Assembly: GCF_048593235.1 (NCBI RefSeq)
Contig: NC_133617.1
Location: 524,500,958 to 524,564,957, forward strand
Origin: Sminthopsis crassicaudata
Taxonomy: Eukaryota
Direction: 5' to 3'
DNA: 64,000 bases
The notes below the pieces were generated by a model that worked only from the letters and a program-made list of their open reading frames with translations, was not told the origin of the DNA and did no database searches. Position 1 is the stretch's first letter; every line of letters begins with the position of its first letter. The position numbers were made by a program, and so were the translations under genes. Below, piece after piece: positions 37,201 to 49,300 of the stretch.

Positions 37201-40200
37201 TTTCTACCTCTCTCTTCTACAAATACCTCACATTACATAAAAGTTGTTCATTTTATTATATCCTAGACACATCTTACATTAGTCAGTTGCTATAACTTTG
37301 TTCAGCCTGCCTTTGTTCCTGAGTTTGTACCCTGCCCCCTTTGGCTGAGGGAGACAGCAATAAATTTAGAGTCAGACAATTAAAATGCTGGCTTTGCCAT
37401 GACCTTGCCTCCTGTTTTGCTGAGCAAATGAGTATTCCCTTAAGAATAACAACCAAACCCCAAATGCTTTGTAATCCAATCTTGACTTCAGAAAGGATTG
37501 AAGACAACTTTCTATCCCTTTATGCAGAAGTGGGGGACTATGGATATGGAATATTGTATATATTGCCAGATTCAATCTGATGGTTAATTATGTTGAGCTA
37601 TTTTTTTTAAAATTTTCCTATTAAAAGAATGTTTTTTGTTTTTTGTTTTTTTAATGAGAAATGGATTACTGGGTAGGGGAAAGGGGAAGATTTTACTCAG
37701 AAATTGATGGATAAAGTAAAAGGTATTAATAAAAGGAAGATACTGAAATATTCCATGTTGGTGATGATAAAAGCCTATTAAGTACTCAGGTGATATCAGT
37801 GGTAATATAGGGATGGACGTGGATGAGACACCATAGCAGTGTGATCCTGGACAAATCACTTAATGTCTCAGAAACTCAGTTTGATCAACTATAAGAGAGG
37901 AGGTCCTGAATAATTAGGTAGAGTTGACAGAGAAAAACTGAAGTATTGCTGGAATTACTCCTTGAGGCAAGCAGGGAAGGGCATTGATAGGGATCGCTTC
38001 AATCTTATAGTCCTCTGTGAAGGCTGTGGGTAGCCCACCTTGCTATATCCAGTCAGAAATCAGAGTTATGTCAAACCTTCAAGATTAGATTTCCCCTATA
38101 AATCTGTCCATGCTTCATGCCATATTTGCTGAACCCCATTCTGGTTCAGTCTGGTACTCTGCCTCTGGTTGTCTTTCTCCTCCCTCACCCCTCATGTCAC
38201 ATGGAATCGTTCCTTTCATCCTCCTACCATGCCTTATGGTGTCTTTTTCCTTTTTATAATTAACTCTTTTAAGGTGCTAAACTCCTCTATAAATTCTGTC
38301 TATTAAGGGCATATTCCCACATCATAGGGTATATATCCTTTCTCCTGTTTATTTTTGTCTCCTGGTGAGTTCTACTAAGGAGCTTCCATCTTTAATTGTT
38401 AAAAACAAACAAACAAACAAACAAAAAAACCTTTGCTAACTATATGCTATCCCAACTCCATTTTTATTATTCTTGGTATCTATTGTATCTTTTCATTTTG
38501 ATTGTAATTCTTCTCACAAATTAACCTACTTTTTGTCAAAGAGAATGGCTATTGTGAATTCTTCACATGACTGTACCTCAACATTTGGTGCCTACATAAA
38601 TCTCATCTTTTGGTGCTAAATCCCACATTATTTGGTTAGAGATTGCAATCTAAATCACATCATAAGAAAGCCTCATTTCATACACTGGCTCTGTGATATT
38701 GAATACATAGAATCTACAAAACTGGTGATGAAAAACAAGTTAAAGAAAACACTAAAGTTATAAATTTGGGGGAAATTGGGTGAATCCTGGTTGTAGAGAC
38801 AGAAATAATCAAGTCAAAATGAAGCACAGGTTTAGGGAAAAAGATAATGATTTGATACACACAAATAAGTTTGAGGTTGTTATTGCTAAAACTGTGTAGA
38901 GATAACAAATAGTTGGAGATATACATCTAAGGTTTGGAACCTGGGTGATTGTAAATAGGGACCAGGAGGAATACATTTTTTTGGTTAGTGGGGAAACCCA
39001 GCCCAGATGTAGACATGTTTAATTTGAGGCTTTGTTAGGGCATTCAGAGGCAGGATGACTTTAGTGGGTAAAGAATGTTAGATTTGGAATCAGGACCCTG
39101 AATTTGAATCCTTAATTTCACATTTTCTGGCTATATGATTATGGGTAACTTATTTAAACTCAGTAAACTTCAAATTCAGAGGCATAGTAGCTAGAATGTT
39201 GGTATTGAGGCTAGAAAAATCTGAGCTCATTAGGTACATAAAGATTATGCAATCCTGGGCAATTCACCTAATTTCTCTGTGTCCTATGCAGCTAAGTAAG
39301 ATGATGAATTGTAAAGAAGATCCTGATATGCAGGTAAGGGACTTGTCTCATAATGGGAGTTTCTCAAATCATTGAAATCATAGGTCTATCCTTACCCTAA
39401 AATGGATGATGGGATTGATGAGTAAACTGAGGTTCTAAATCGAGATGGGTCAGTTCCTTTTCTCCTGGGTCTGATTATCTTTCTCTCCTTCCTTCCCCAA
39501 AGTAACCACCACGCAGATTCGGTTAGCGAATAAATTTGCTACTCAATGCCATATGGAAACAAAGTCTTTATTGATAGTAAAGGGATAGACAGGCATTTGG
39601 CTTTAGGAAGGCCAAGCTGCCTGACAAGGGGATGCCAGTTGGCGGACACTAGGCTGGTATGAACCAAGTGCAAAGATTCCATTTTTCACCTTCCTTTTAT
39701 ACATAACTAGAGTCATCAAAACAACTTTGCACAGAGATGTTATCCAAGAGGTTCCAGAGATATTTGTAAATAAGATAGGAAATCTCTTGTTGTTGTAAAT
39801 AAGACAGGAATTCTCTGTTATCTTCTTCTGTCTCTCCCCAAAAAGGAATTTCAGATCATTAGAATAGGGGCTGAAAACCTAAACTAGCCCAAAGGAAGTT
39901 GGAGATCAAACAAGGAATATCAAAGGGGGCTACGCCTGCATCAGGATCATAAATTCAGAATTTAAAGGAATCTTAGAGGTCATCTAATCCAACTCCTTCA
40001 GTTTACATTCCCAGAGACTCGGGGAAATCAAGATATTTGCTCAAGTCCACATAAAAGATAAGTAGAAGGGCAGACATTTGAATTGACATCCTCCAACTCT
40101 AGATTACCAAGCTCTTTCTACTACATTTCATTGCCTTTCCTATCATTTTTCCAGTCTTGTGATCAATTTCTCAAATGTCATCTGTTTCCTTTCTGTCTTG

Positions 40201-40944
40201 ATAGTCTAAAAATTACTCCCAAGACAAAATCTCTTTTGTTTCTTTCTTCATTGATCTTTGATTGATTATTTCTACCTCTTGTTCTTGGACTTCCCCACAA
40301 GACCATCAATCTTTTGAATGCTAATGAATTTGATGGTTATATTACAATTATTAGTTCCATCCCATTAAGTCTCAGAGATATCAGTGATTCTGAAATTATC
40401 TCTTGGAATTATACTCTCCAGTTCATTTTGCTTTTTACTCATACTTTGTTGTTTCTTTGTATATACATCTGGAATTATGGGTTTTAATTTTGGTTACATT
40501 CTTAGGTTTTCTCTCCTATGAATTCTGAGTGATGTCATTTCTTACCTGGTCACATTACTCAAAGATCTCTCTGACTTTTCCATCAAGACCCAAGTCAAGT
40601 ACTTTCTCCAGCCATCCTTTTCAATTTACTTTTGTGTTTTGTCTTTCCTCATTAGATTTTTAAGCTCCTTCAGTGCAGTAACAGTTTCTTTTATTATATT
40701 CATATTTCCATCTCATTTTTTCCTATTTTTTTGTTTCACCTAGTTATTTTTGTTAATTAGATGCTAAGCTCTATTGTTTTTATGATATTCAAAGACTGAA
40801 AGGGTTGCTAATGACTTATTAACTTTGTGCCCTTTAAATTTAGCTCCCTGGAACAAAGCCCCTACCACAAGCTCCATGGCTTTCTCCTTTCAATCCTTTT
40901 CAAACCTTATTTGATCATCATGATCACCTGAGGCACTTTGTTGC

Positions 40945-41170
40945 TCAGCTGTTTTTCAGTCCTGTCTGATTATGATCCTAGTTGGAGTTTTTGTGGCAAA
41001 GATATTGAAGTGGTTTGCCATTTCCTTTTCCAGTTCTTTTTCACAGTTGAGGAAACTGAAGTAAACAAGGATAGCTTTCCCAGGATCACACAATTAATAA
41101 GTGTCTGAGGTCAGATTTGAACTCAGGAAGATTCCACCTCTGAGTGATCTGTTCACCTAATTGCCCATAA
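40945..41170 (-). mobile_element. Antisense MAR1-type SINE
   Basis: TGGCAAAGATATTGAAGTGGTTTGCCATTTCC...GAGGAAACTGAAG...GTGTCTGAGGTCAGATTTGAACTCAGG. Confidence 0.7.
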
Positions 41171-41521
41171 ACTGAGGTATTAAGTTTCCTGAAATCCTTG
41201 TTCCCTTACTTAAATCAGAGATCTATTATGATGTGAACTATCTTCCCGAGTCAAGAAGAAGCCCATCTGACTATTATGAGATAAAGCCAATTCCCATACT
41301 ATCCGGTCTGTATAGGATGGGATCTTTATCAACCTCTATTATCTATTCTCCCAATCTATTTGCTTGTTTTTCTATACTTGCTACTACTTCCTTTTCCCCT
41401 CTTTTACTCCTGTCTACCACATATTTCAAGCGACAAGAGTTGTTTACTGTTTGTACACTAGAGAAAAGAGAATGTGTGTGTGTGTGTGTGTGTGTGTGAC
41501 TCAGAAATAATACCATGGGGA

Positions 41522-41681
41522 GGGGGCAGCTAAGTGGTGCAGTGGATAGAGCACCAGTCCTGGAGTCAGGAGGAACCGAGTTCAAATGTGATCTCAGACA
41601 CTTAACACTTCCTAGCTGTGTGATCCTGGGCAAGTCACTTAATCCCAATTGCCTCAGCAAAAAAAAGAAAAGAAAAAGAAA
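41522..41681 (+). mobile_element. WSINE1-like SINE next to a (TG)n tract
   Basis: GGGGGCAGCTAAGTGGTGCAGTGG...CCCAATTGCCTCAGC plus A-rich tail; (TG)n at about 41473-41498. Confidence 0.85.
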
Positions 41682-41938
41682 AGAAATAACATAGTAGGGA
41701 AAAGTAATTAGAAATGAATACAAAGGAAAATTACTTGATACCAGACCAGGTGAAACTTAAGCTTTCTAGCTATTCTCAAATCTTCAATCCATCCTCTCAA
41801 CAAAGATGAAGATCTTTGCTGCCAGTCTCTTCCATAACTTTTTTTTTCTTCAGAGTGAGCTTCTTGGTCCATTGGGTTTAGACCTATCGATTAAGATTTG
41901 TTAGCCTCAAGATAATGATACAAAAAGTGCTTCCTTGG

Positions 41939-41993
41939 CAAAAAAAAAAAAAACAAAAACAAAAACAAAAACAAAAACAAAAACAAAAACAAA
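41939..41993. repeat. Poly(A) / (AAAAAC)n tandem repeat
   Basis: Read directly. Confidence 0.9.
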
Positions 41994-44677
41994 ACTTAAC
42001 TATTAATGAGAAGAGGGTTGAAGACAAAAGGGATGTTGCACTAGGAATACCTTGTATATTGCTTCTCGATACAAGTTAAAGGAGACAGAACAGGAGAAAC
42101 TCTAAAGAAAGTTTACTTTAGGAATTGGGGCTTAGAAGACCTCTGCCACTTGAAGAACATTTCTTGTTCTGAAGAGCCCCAGGCTGAGAAATGTGGTTTC
42201 ACAGCTGGGGTTTACTTTTTCATTGAGCTTCAAAGAATGTTTGTTTGTTTATCATCAAGGGTGGGATAGGATGGGGTGGGATAGAGGGGGATGGGTATTG
42301 AGGTGAGAATCTAAACCACATGGTGTCATTGTACTTCTTGGGCGGCCTGGTTCTTTGTGGGAAAGACTTAATAGAATATAAGGATTGTCTTGGTGGCAAT
42401 CCTTACATTCAGTCTGCATCAAGAGAGAGCTTCATAAGCTCTTAAAAGGCCTTCCAGTTTACATATTTTCTGTAAGGCAAAAAGGCTGTCATATATATAA
42501 ATTGTATATTGCCTGTATGTGACTTAGGGTTGACATTCCCATTTAGGGAAACCTGCACAGAGCTATACTTAAACTTTATTTTTGAAGAGGATCATGGATC
42601 CAAGTGGAGGCAATGAGACAGAGAGAAACAATCATTTTGGAGAGCAGACTTTCCAAATTAAAATAAGTATATATGAGCCATTCAGTTTGAGGAACTAGGC
42701 TATGGATTACATATAGGTAACTGAGATCCAGCATCACAGAGACCTTGACCTTGGCTACTTAGGTGTAGCCTAAGGGTTGAAGGGGTTGACAGAAACTTTG
42801 GAGAACTTCCCTGGAAAATCCTTGGGCTAAACAGTGTTGTTTACTTTAGGGTTCCAGTGGCACTTAGAGATTTTCTGCTAAATTTGAGGGGACACTACTC
42901 AAGAAAGTGAAAGGATGAAAGCAAAATGCAAATAGATGAGGACCAGCAAACCAGAGGGGGGGGGGGAAAGGGATGAATGGACTGGCGCTGAGGCTACCTA
43001 CACAAAACCATCAATTCCATTTGGGAGGTTATCTTTTTCCTGTTTTCCCAGAGCACAGAAATGACTGGTTTTGACCTCCATTGCAGTCTTGTTTTAAGTG
43101 TTTATTATTTGATATTGGTAATAAATTACATGGCCAACAACAGTGATTTCTCTAAGTCTATAAGTTTGTGATTTGAGAGAAGGGAAGTGAAATTATGGAA
43201 GAAAAGTCTTCTCGAGTGGGGCAAGCCTATTAAAGACTGAATTTCTGCAATTCTGGCAACTAAAAAACCCCATGACATTCCCAAATACAATCTGGAGTGG
43301 GTGGTATATTTCTTCTTAAGATAGCACCTGAGAGATAAACTGCCTGTATCACATAGCCACAGTTCTCTACATTTATAATAAGGACCTGTGGGTTCTTCAT
43401 AACCACAGAAGGATCCTAATTGGACAAGGAGTAAGAGCTACAGATTACAGATATATACAGCATATACTTAGTGCTCGGAAGTGTGTTGAATTAATGAATG
43501 GATAGGCAGAAAGCAAAGACCTACAGAATTGGATTTCCAAATCTGCCATCCACTTTAGCTTTGAGTTTAGCCTTGAGTAAATCTGTTCTTTCTCCCCTGT
43601 AAAAAGGGGCCAAAATGATCTTTAATGAATCTTCCAGCTAGAACTAATTCATGAAGGTTATTTCTGGCTTTCCGTGGTTCCATAGAGCCACACAATCAAA
43701 ACTTAAGCACTAGGTTTGGAAAGAGAGCGAGCCTGAGGATTCTTTCATTTCCATTGCAGGCCAAAGCCTGTGTTTCCGGGTTCAGAATAAGGGTGTGTAT
43801 TCCAGAAGTAAAAGAATCAGAATTGGCAAAGGCTGGAGGGCCAGGCACCTGACTTCCCCTGCTAAAACACAAACACAGGAAGCCAGTTCGTGAAAAAGTG
43901 TTTATACAGAGATAGGTGAGGGTAGCAGTGAGGGAAACCCAGAGTTCTCACAAAATACCCTGAGGCAGAACCTGGATCCTCAGTTTTCTTGGACCTGGTC
44001 CCATTCCCATAAGCTTTCCCTTCTCAGTAAAATCCAAGTGCTTTGAAACTTAAAAGGGTTCCCCCATTTGGGAAAATCTAGCAGAGCCCCATAACTGAGT
44101 ATCCTCTGAAAGCCTATTCCTGTGAGTAGGCTTGAGTCAGCCAGAATAAGGTTAAGACCCTGCTCCTTCCCACGAAGAGAGGCACGGACTCACTATACAC
44201 TCCTATGCCTTTCTCCACATTGCCCAGGGAGATGGAGCTTCAGAGATAACTGGGCTGCTTCTGGGCGAGACTTTCCTCCTGAAAGCCGCGTTTTTTGAAG
44301 AGACCATCTCCCCAGGGGTCGTGATAGATATGGACCTCCTGGGACTGGGCTGTATTTACCGAGCACTCGGACCGGAAGGTCCGGACCTTTCTTTGGGAAC
44401 GGGTCTAGTTAAGGGGCGGGAGTCGGCCGGCACTCTAATTAAAAGGCGAAGTGCGCTGGGGATGCCTTCTCTCCTGGAGTCAGGGTCTCGAGGAGGGCAA
44501 GGACCTCTCTTTGGGCCGGGGTCCCCGGCGGAGGCTAATCAAGAACCGGGTTTGGGAAGGGGAGAAGGGGGGGCCTCCCCGCGCAGTGCGGCCTCTCCTC
44601 GTACCGCGCTCTTTTGAAGGGAAGAGGCCTTAGAACGGGGGTCTATCCTTGCGGTTGGCCTTTCTCGGGGGGGAGGC

Positions 44678-46319
44678 TCAGCCGAAGAGCTTGAGGAAGC
44701 AAGGCTGACAGTAAGGCTTGTCCGCGCGCTCCTGGAAGGAGCCCTTGGTGAGCGGGCGCAGGCAGAAGGTGCAGGTGAAGTGATCGGGGTGGAAGCGGCG
44801 CCCCAGCGCGGAAACGCAGCGGCCGGTGACCGGCAGCCCGCAAGTGGCGCACAGGGAGCCCCGACGAGCGTGGAAGTGGCTCTCGCAGAGCGGACGTCCT
44901 TCGTGCTCGAAGAAACTGCCTCCCGAGAAGGGCGTAAAGCATTCCTGGAGGAAACGACACGAACCACACACCGGAGCGGGATTAGGGACCGAGCCGGGGA
45001 GTGCCCGGCAGCTTCATTCTCCCCGGCTGCCCCACCCACCCTCCTCGGCCCCTCCTCACCCTGCACACGAAGCAGTCCGGGTGCCAGAGTGCGCTCAGCG
45101 CCGAGATGTAGTTCTCCAGAATAGGACCCTGGCAACCTTGGCAGCGCGGGGCGAACAGCTGCAGAAAATCTCGGCGGCAGTACGGGCGGCCCTCCCGCTC
45201 GTGGAAGCCTGCGGGTCCGGGGAAGGTGGGGTGCAATGAGGGGAAAGATCGGAAGAGAGGAGGGGAATGGGTACCCAAAAGTTGTAATGGGGCAGTCCGG
45301 GAGGGAAAAGATAACTAGAGGGTGAAATCATGATCAAAGGTGGCAGGGGTCAGAGGGAAATGTCTCAGGAGTGGGACTAGGGATTAGGGGGACCGGACTC
45401 CGCTGCAGGGTACCCCGGGTGCTTTCTCACCCTCTTCCCCGAAGGGCTCCCCGCAGCTGACGCAGCAGAAATGTTCCGGATGCCAATGGGTGTCCAGGGC
45501 GGTGACCATCTTCTGTAATAGTAACAACAAAACACTTTCCTACACCGCTTTCAGGTGTCCAAACCACTTTATATCTGCTATCTGATACCGAGAAGGGGAC
45601 GCCCGGTCCGGGTGACTGGAAGAAGGGTAGTACTCCTTGGAGTTGAAAGACTGCTGGAGTTGGCGGGGCGGGGGCGGGATGGAGGGAGAAGAGAAGAAGG
45701 GCTAAGGGTGTGGAAGGGCGCTTCCAAGCTGTAAGGCTCACATGGCGAATGGGCTGATTGCAGAGACCGCAGCGCGGGGAGAAGCGCTCGAAGTAGCATT
45801 CAGGGCAGTAAGGGGCACCGTCCTTTTCAAAGAAGCTGCTACCTCCCAGAGCCACGGAGCACCCTCCGCATAAAAAGTGCTCTGGATGCCAGGTCCGGCC
45901 TAGAGCTGTCACCACCTGCAGGGAGGAAGCGGGTCAAGTGGTCACTCAGACACATGAGAGCGTAGCTGAAGCTTCTCCTTGGATCTATATGTTCATTTAC
46001 CAACTAGATCCTAAATTCTGGCTTCTGGTTTCTTCTGAATACCACCTGGATGGTTCCCCGCCTACCCTCCATTCCCCACGCATCTCAAACTCCAAATGCC
46101 TCAAACTGAGCTTATTATAACAACACAGGATTACAGCTAAAATGAATCTTTAAATTGCACATGTTTAATATTAGATCACTTGCTGTTTAGGGGAGGGAGG
46201 GAGAAAAACGTGGAACACAGGATTTTGCAAGGGTGTTGAAAACTATCTTTGTATGTATTTTGAAAAATAAAAAAGCTGTTATTATTAAAAATGGATCTTT
46301 ATTTTAAGCACAGTCTGCT

Positions 46320-46389
<70 letters not shown>

Positions 46390-49300
46390 AAATTTATTTA
46401 AAGGTTAATCTTTCATCCTAAACACATTCTTCCTTCCGACTTCACACTTTTTATGTAGTGTTATTCTACATTATTCTACATATTTATGTAGCAGTGTTAT
46501 TCATCCTAATGGTTTTCTAGTTTAATAGGGGAGAAACTTTGGTGTAATCTTTGATTCTTCTTTCTCACCTTTAGCTCTCATATTCAGTTAATTACCAATA
46601 CCTCTCAGTGCCACCTTTTCTTGCAGCAGTCCTCTCCTGTATATTATTGTCACTCTGATACAGGACCTCATTGTCATCCTTCAATGTGTTGGTCATTCTG
46701 GATTTCACAATAACCAACTCTTTCCTGTCTCCCTCCAGCCTTCACACTATTGTCAGGATCCTTTTTCCTGCACAAAGATTTGGTTATACTATTCCCTTCT
46801 CCCTCCCACCTCCCTATGATATTATCCTTTTCACAGCATTAAAAAAAAAAAACAAAACACTCCCTATACTTAGATATAGTTTTATATTGAGGTTATATGT
46901 CACATCTCCCCTCCTGGTCTGTAGGTTTTCTAAAGACAAATGTTATATTTTATCTAAAATGACTCTCCCTGTGTTCTCTGCAAACAGTAATACTTCGATA
47001 GATCTGAGATCTCCCTCTCTCCAAGGATCTTGCAGATCACAATTTGATAGTCAACAGAAATGTCAAGGACAATTGAAAGAAAGCCACTGGATTTGGGGGA
47101 AAAAAAAGTCATTTGTGGCCTCTGAGAGAAGAGTTTCAGTAGAGTGGTAGGAACAGAAGTCAAAATGGAAAGGGCTAAAAACTGAGTGGGGGATGAGAGG
47201 AAGGGAAGGCAAAGAATGCAGACTGTTTACTTTTTGGCAATGTAGGAGGGGAGAGAGGACAGTTTAAGGGGAAAGGGTGAAGGAAAATTTTTAAAGGAAT
47301 AATATGAGAATATACAGAGTGTCCCAAAAATTTTAGTGAAGTTTTAAGTGCAAATATATTTCTCACACACATATCAAAAACATATATCACAAATGCCATT
47401 AAAGCTTAAAACTATATTGGAAAAAAAAGTATATTGAGATTTTTTGGGGACTCTGTATATGAGAATGAGAAAGCCAGAACCAGGGAAATATACACAGGCT
47501 TGAGCGCGTGCACACGCACACACGCGCACACACATACACACACACACATATTTTATATATATAAACATGTCAATGAGATTGAAACAATATATCATAAAGC
47601 TATAGATCTAGATATGCACATATATATTATAAAATATATAAAGATTCAAGAGAATGGATCATTAATGGAATTAGGGTCCCAGATGGAGGGGACAGTCTTA
47701 GTCAGAATAATAACTTATCTTTGCCCCCCAAAAGGCAGAAAGTTAATAGCTAATATTTCTATATCTCTTTAAGGTTTGAAAAGTACTTCACATATACTAT
47801 TCTCACTTTTATCCTCACAACAACAATATGAGGTAACTGCTATTTTATCCTCCACTTTACAGATGAGGAAATTTAAGCTTATATAAGTTAAGTGACTTAC
47901 CCAGGCTCATACAGATAGGAAATATCTGAGGTAAGATTGGAACCTGAGACTTCCTGATTCCCAAGTAGTAGGGCCTACACATTCTGCCTCTAAAGACAGG
48001 TTTTGAGATGAAGATGACCTATTCTCAATGAAACAGGAGGTAAGATCATCTGCTGAATGTGGGGAGAGGTTGGGGTGTTGTTAAAAGATGTGTCTGATTA
48101 GAAAGAAGGTCTAGAATAAATATTGTGGGGAATGGGAAAGTAGTAGGAGATAAATGATATTTAAAAGATTTGCTAAACAGTAGTGAGAACCTAATGAAAA
48201 TATTTTAAATATCTACTATAAAAAAAAAAAAAAACTGTAGCAAGGCCTCCACTGAAGTTGCACATGTCTATAATAAATTTAACACTTTTATCACTCTCCA
48301 AAAGGAATTCATAGCCTAGTTTGTCTGTATCTTAATGTCTCTATATGTCTTTCTTCCCTCCTCCCCTCTTCTACTCGGGGCCTTACTCACCTGCCCAGCA
48401 ATGGGTTTATTGCAGGAACCACAAAGGCCCTTGGCCTGGGTGGGGACTCCCTGTCGACTGAGATCTGACTGCAGCAACCCCAGCATGGTGTCCAGGCTGC
48501 CCTCAGTGGTAGACCCTGAGGTGGGTGGTGGCGTGGTATCACTCACTGAGCTCAATTCTGGTTTGGGGGTAGGCCCGGAAGCAGGAAGCTATTAGGGTAT
48601 AAAACAGAGGCATCTGCCATTGGGCCCCCATCTGCTTCGCTGAGCCGAAGGGAGTAGAGTTGGAGACAGGGGAAGAGATGACAGTTGGGTGGGTTCAAGA
48701 TCGCAGCTACTGGGACTAACCAACACCCTCCCTGGAGACCCTTGACTCTTTCATTCAGCTCACATGGTTCTGGACACGGAAATCAGAAAGGGAAGCCATC
48801 AGCTTGTCCAATTCCAGCGTAGCTGAGGTGGCTGAAGGTTTGGGCAGTTGCGGCGTCGGGCTAGGGGGGCTGAGAGAAGAGAGTTTGGGTCAGCAACCTC
48901 CCCCTTTTCTCAGTCCTTCCAGATCCCAGACAAAAGAACCCTAGCTCTCAGTCCTCCCTCTTACCAGACCCTCAACCCCAAAGAAGGCAGGCATCTGGAT
49001 CTGTGGCTTCCCACTTCTAGCCCAGACCTGGGATCCAGCTATCAGGCTGTAACCCTTCCAACCCTGTCTCCAAGAACCTCACGTGGTGGGCCTTTTCTTT
49101 TCCTCAGATTGCTCTTCCTTTCGTTCTCCATCAGCTGCCTTGCTGGATGGGAACTGGGACATGATTTCATCTGGTTGGAAGGAGGGGTTGTTAATCTCAT
49201 TATTACTTGCCTTTTTTTGCTGCTTCTTCCCATTATCTTTAATTCTCCCTCTCCTCTTACCTGTGATATTGAATTGGGTGGCATTGAGCTCCTGCAGAAG

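Noticed and set aside
39500-39720. Possible antisense solo LTR (CTTTATTG, TG/CA-like ends)
   Set aside because: Termini and TSD could not be defined and no family was recognised.
44539-45135. Long alternative-frame and antisense ORFs over TGFB1I1 (also 48848-49420, 51185-51739, 51573-52199)
   Set aside because: Expected in GC-rich, stop-poor sequence; low-complexity translations with no domain.
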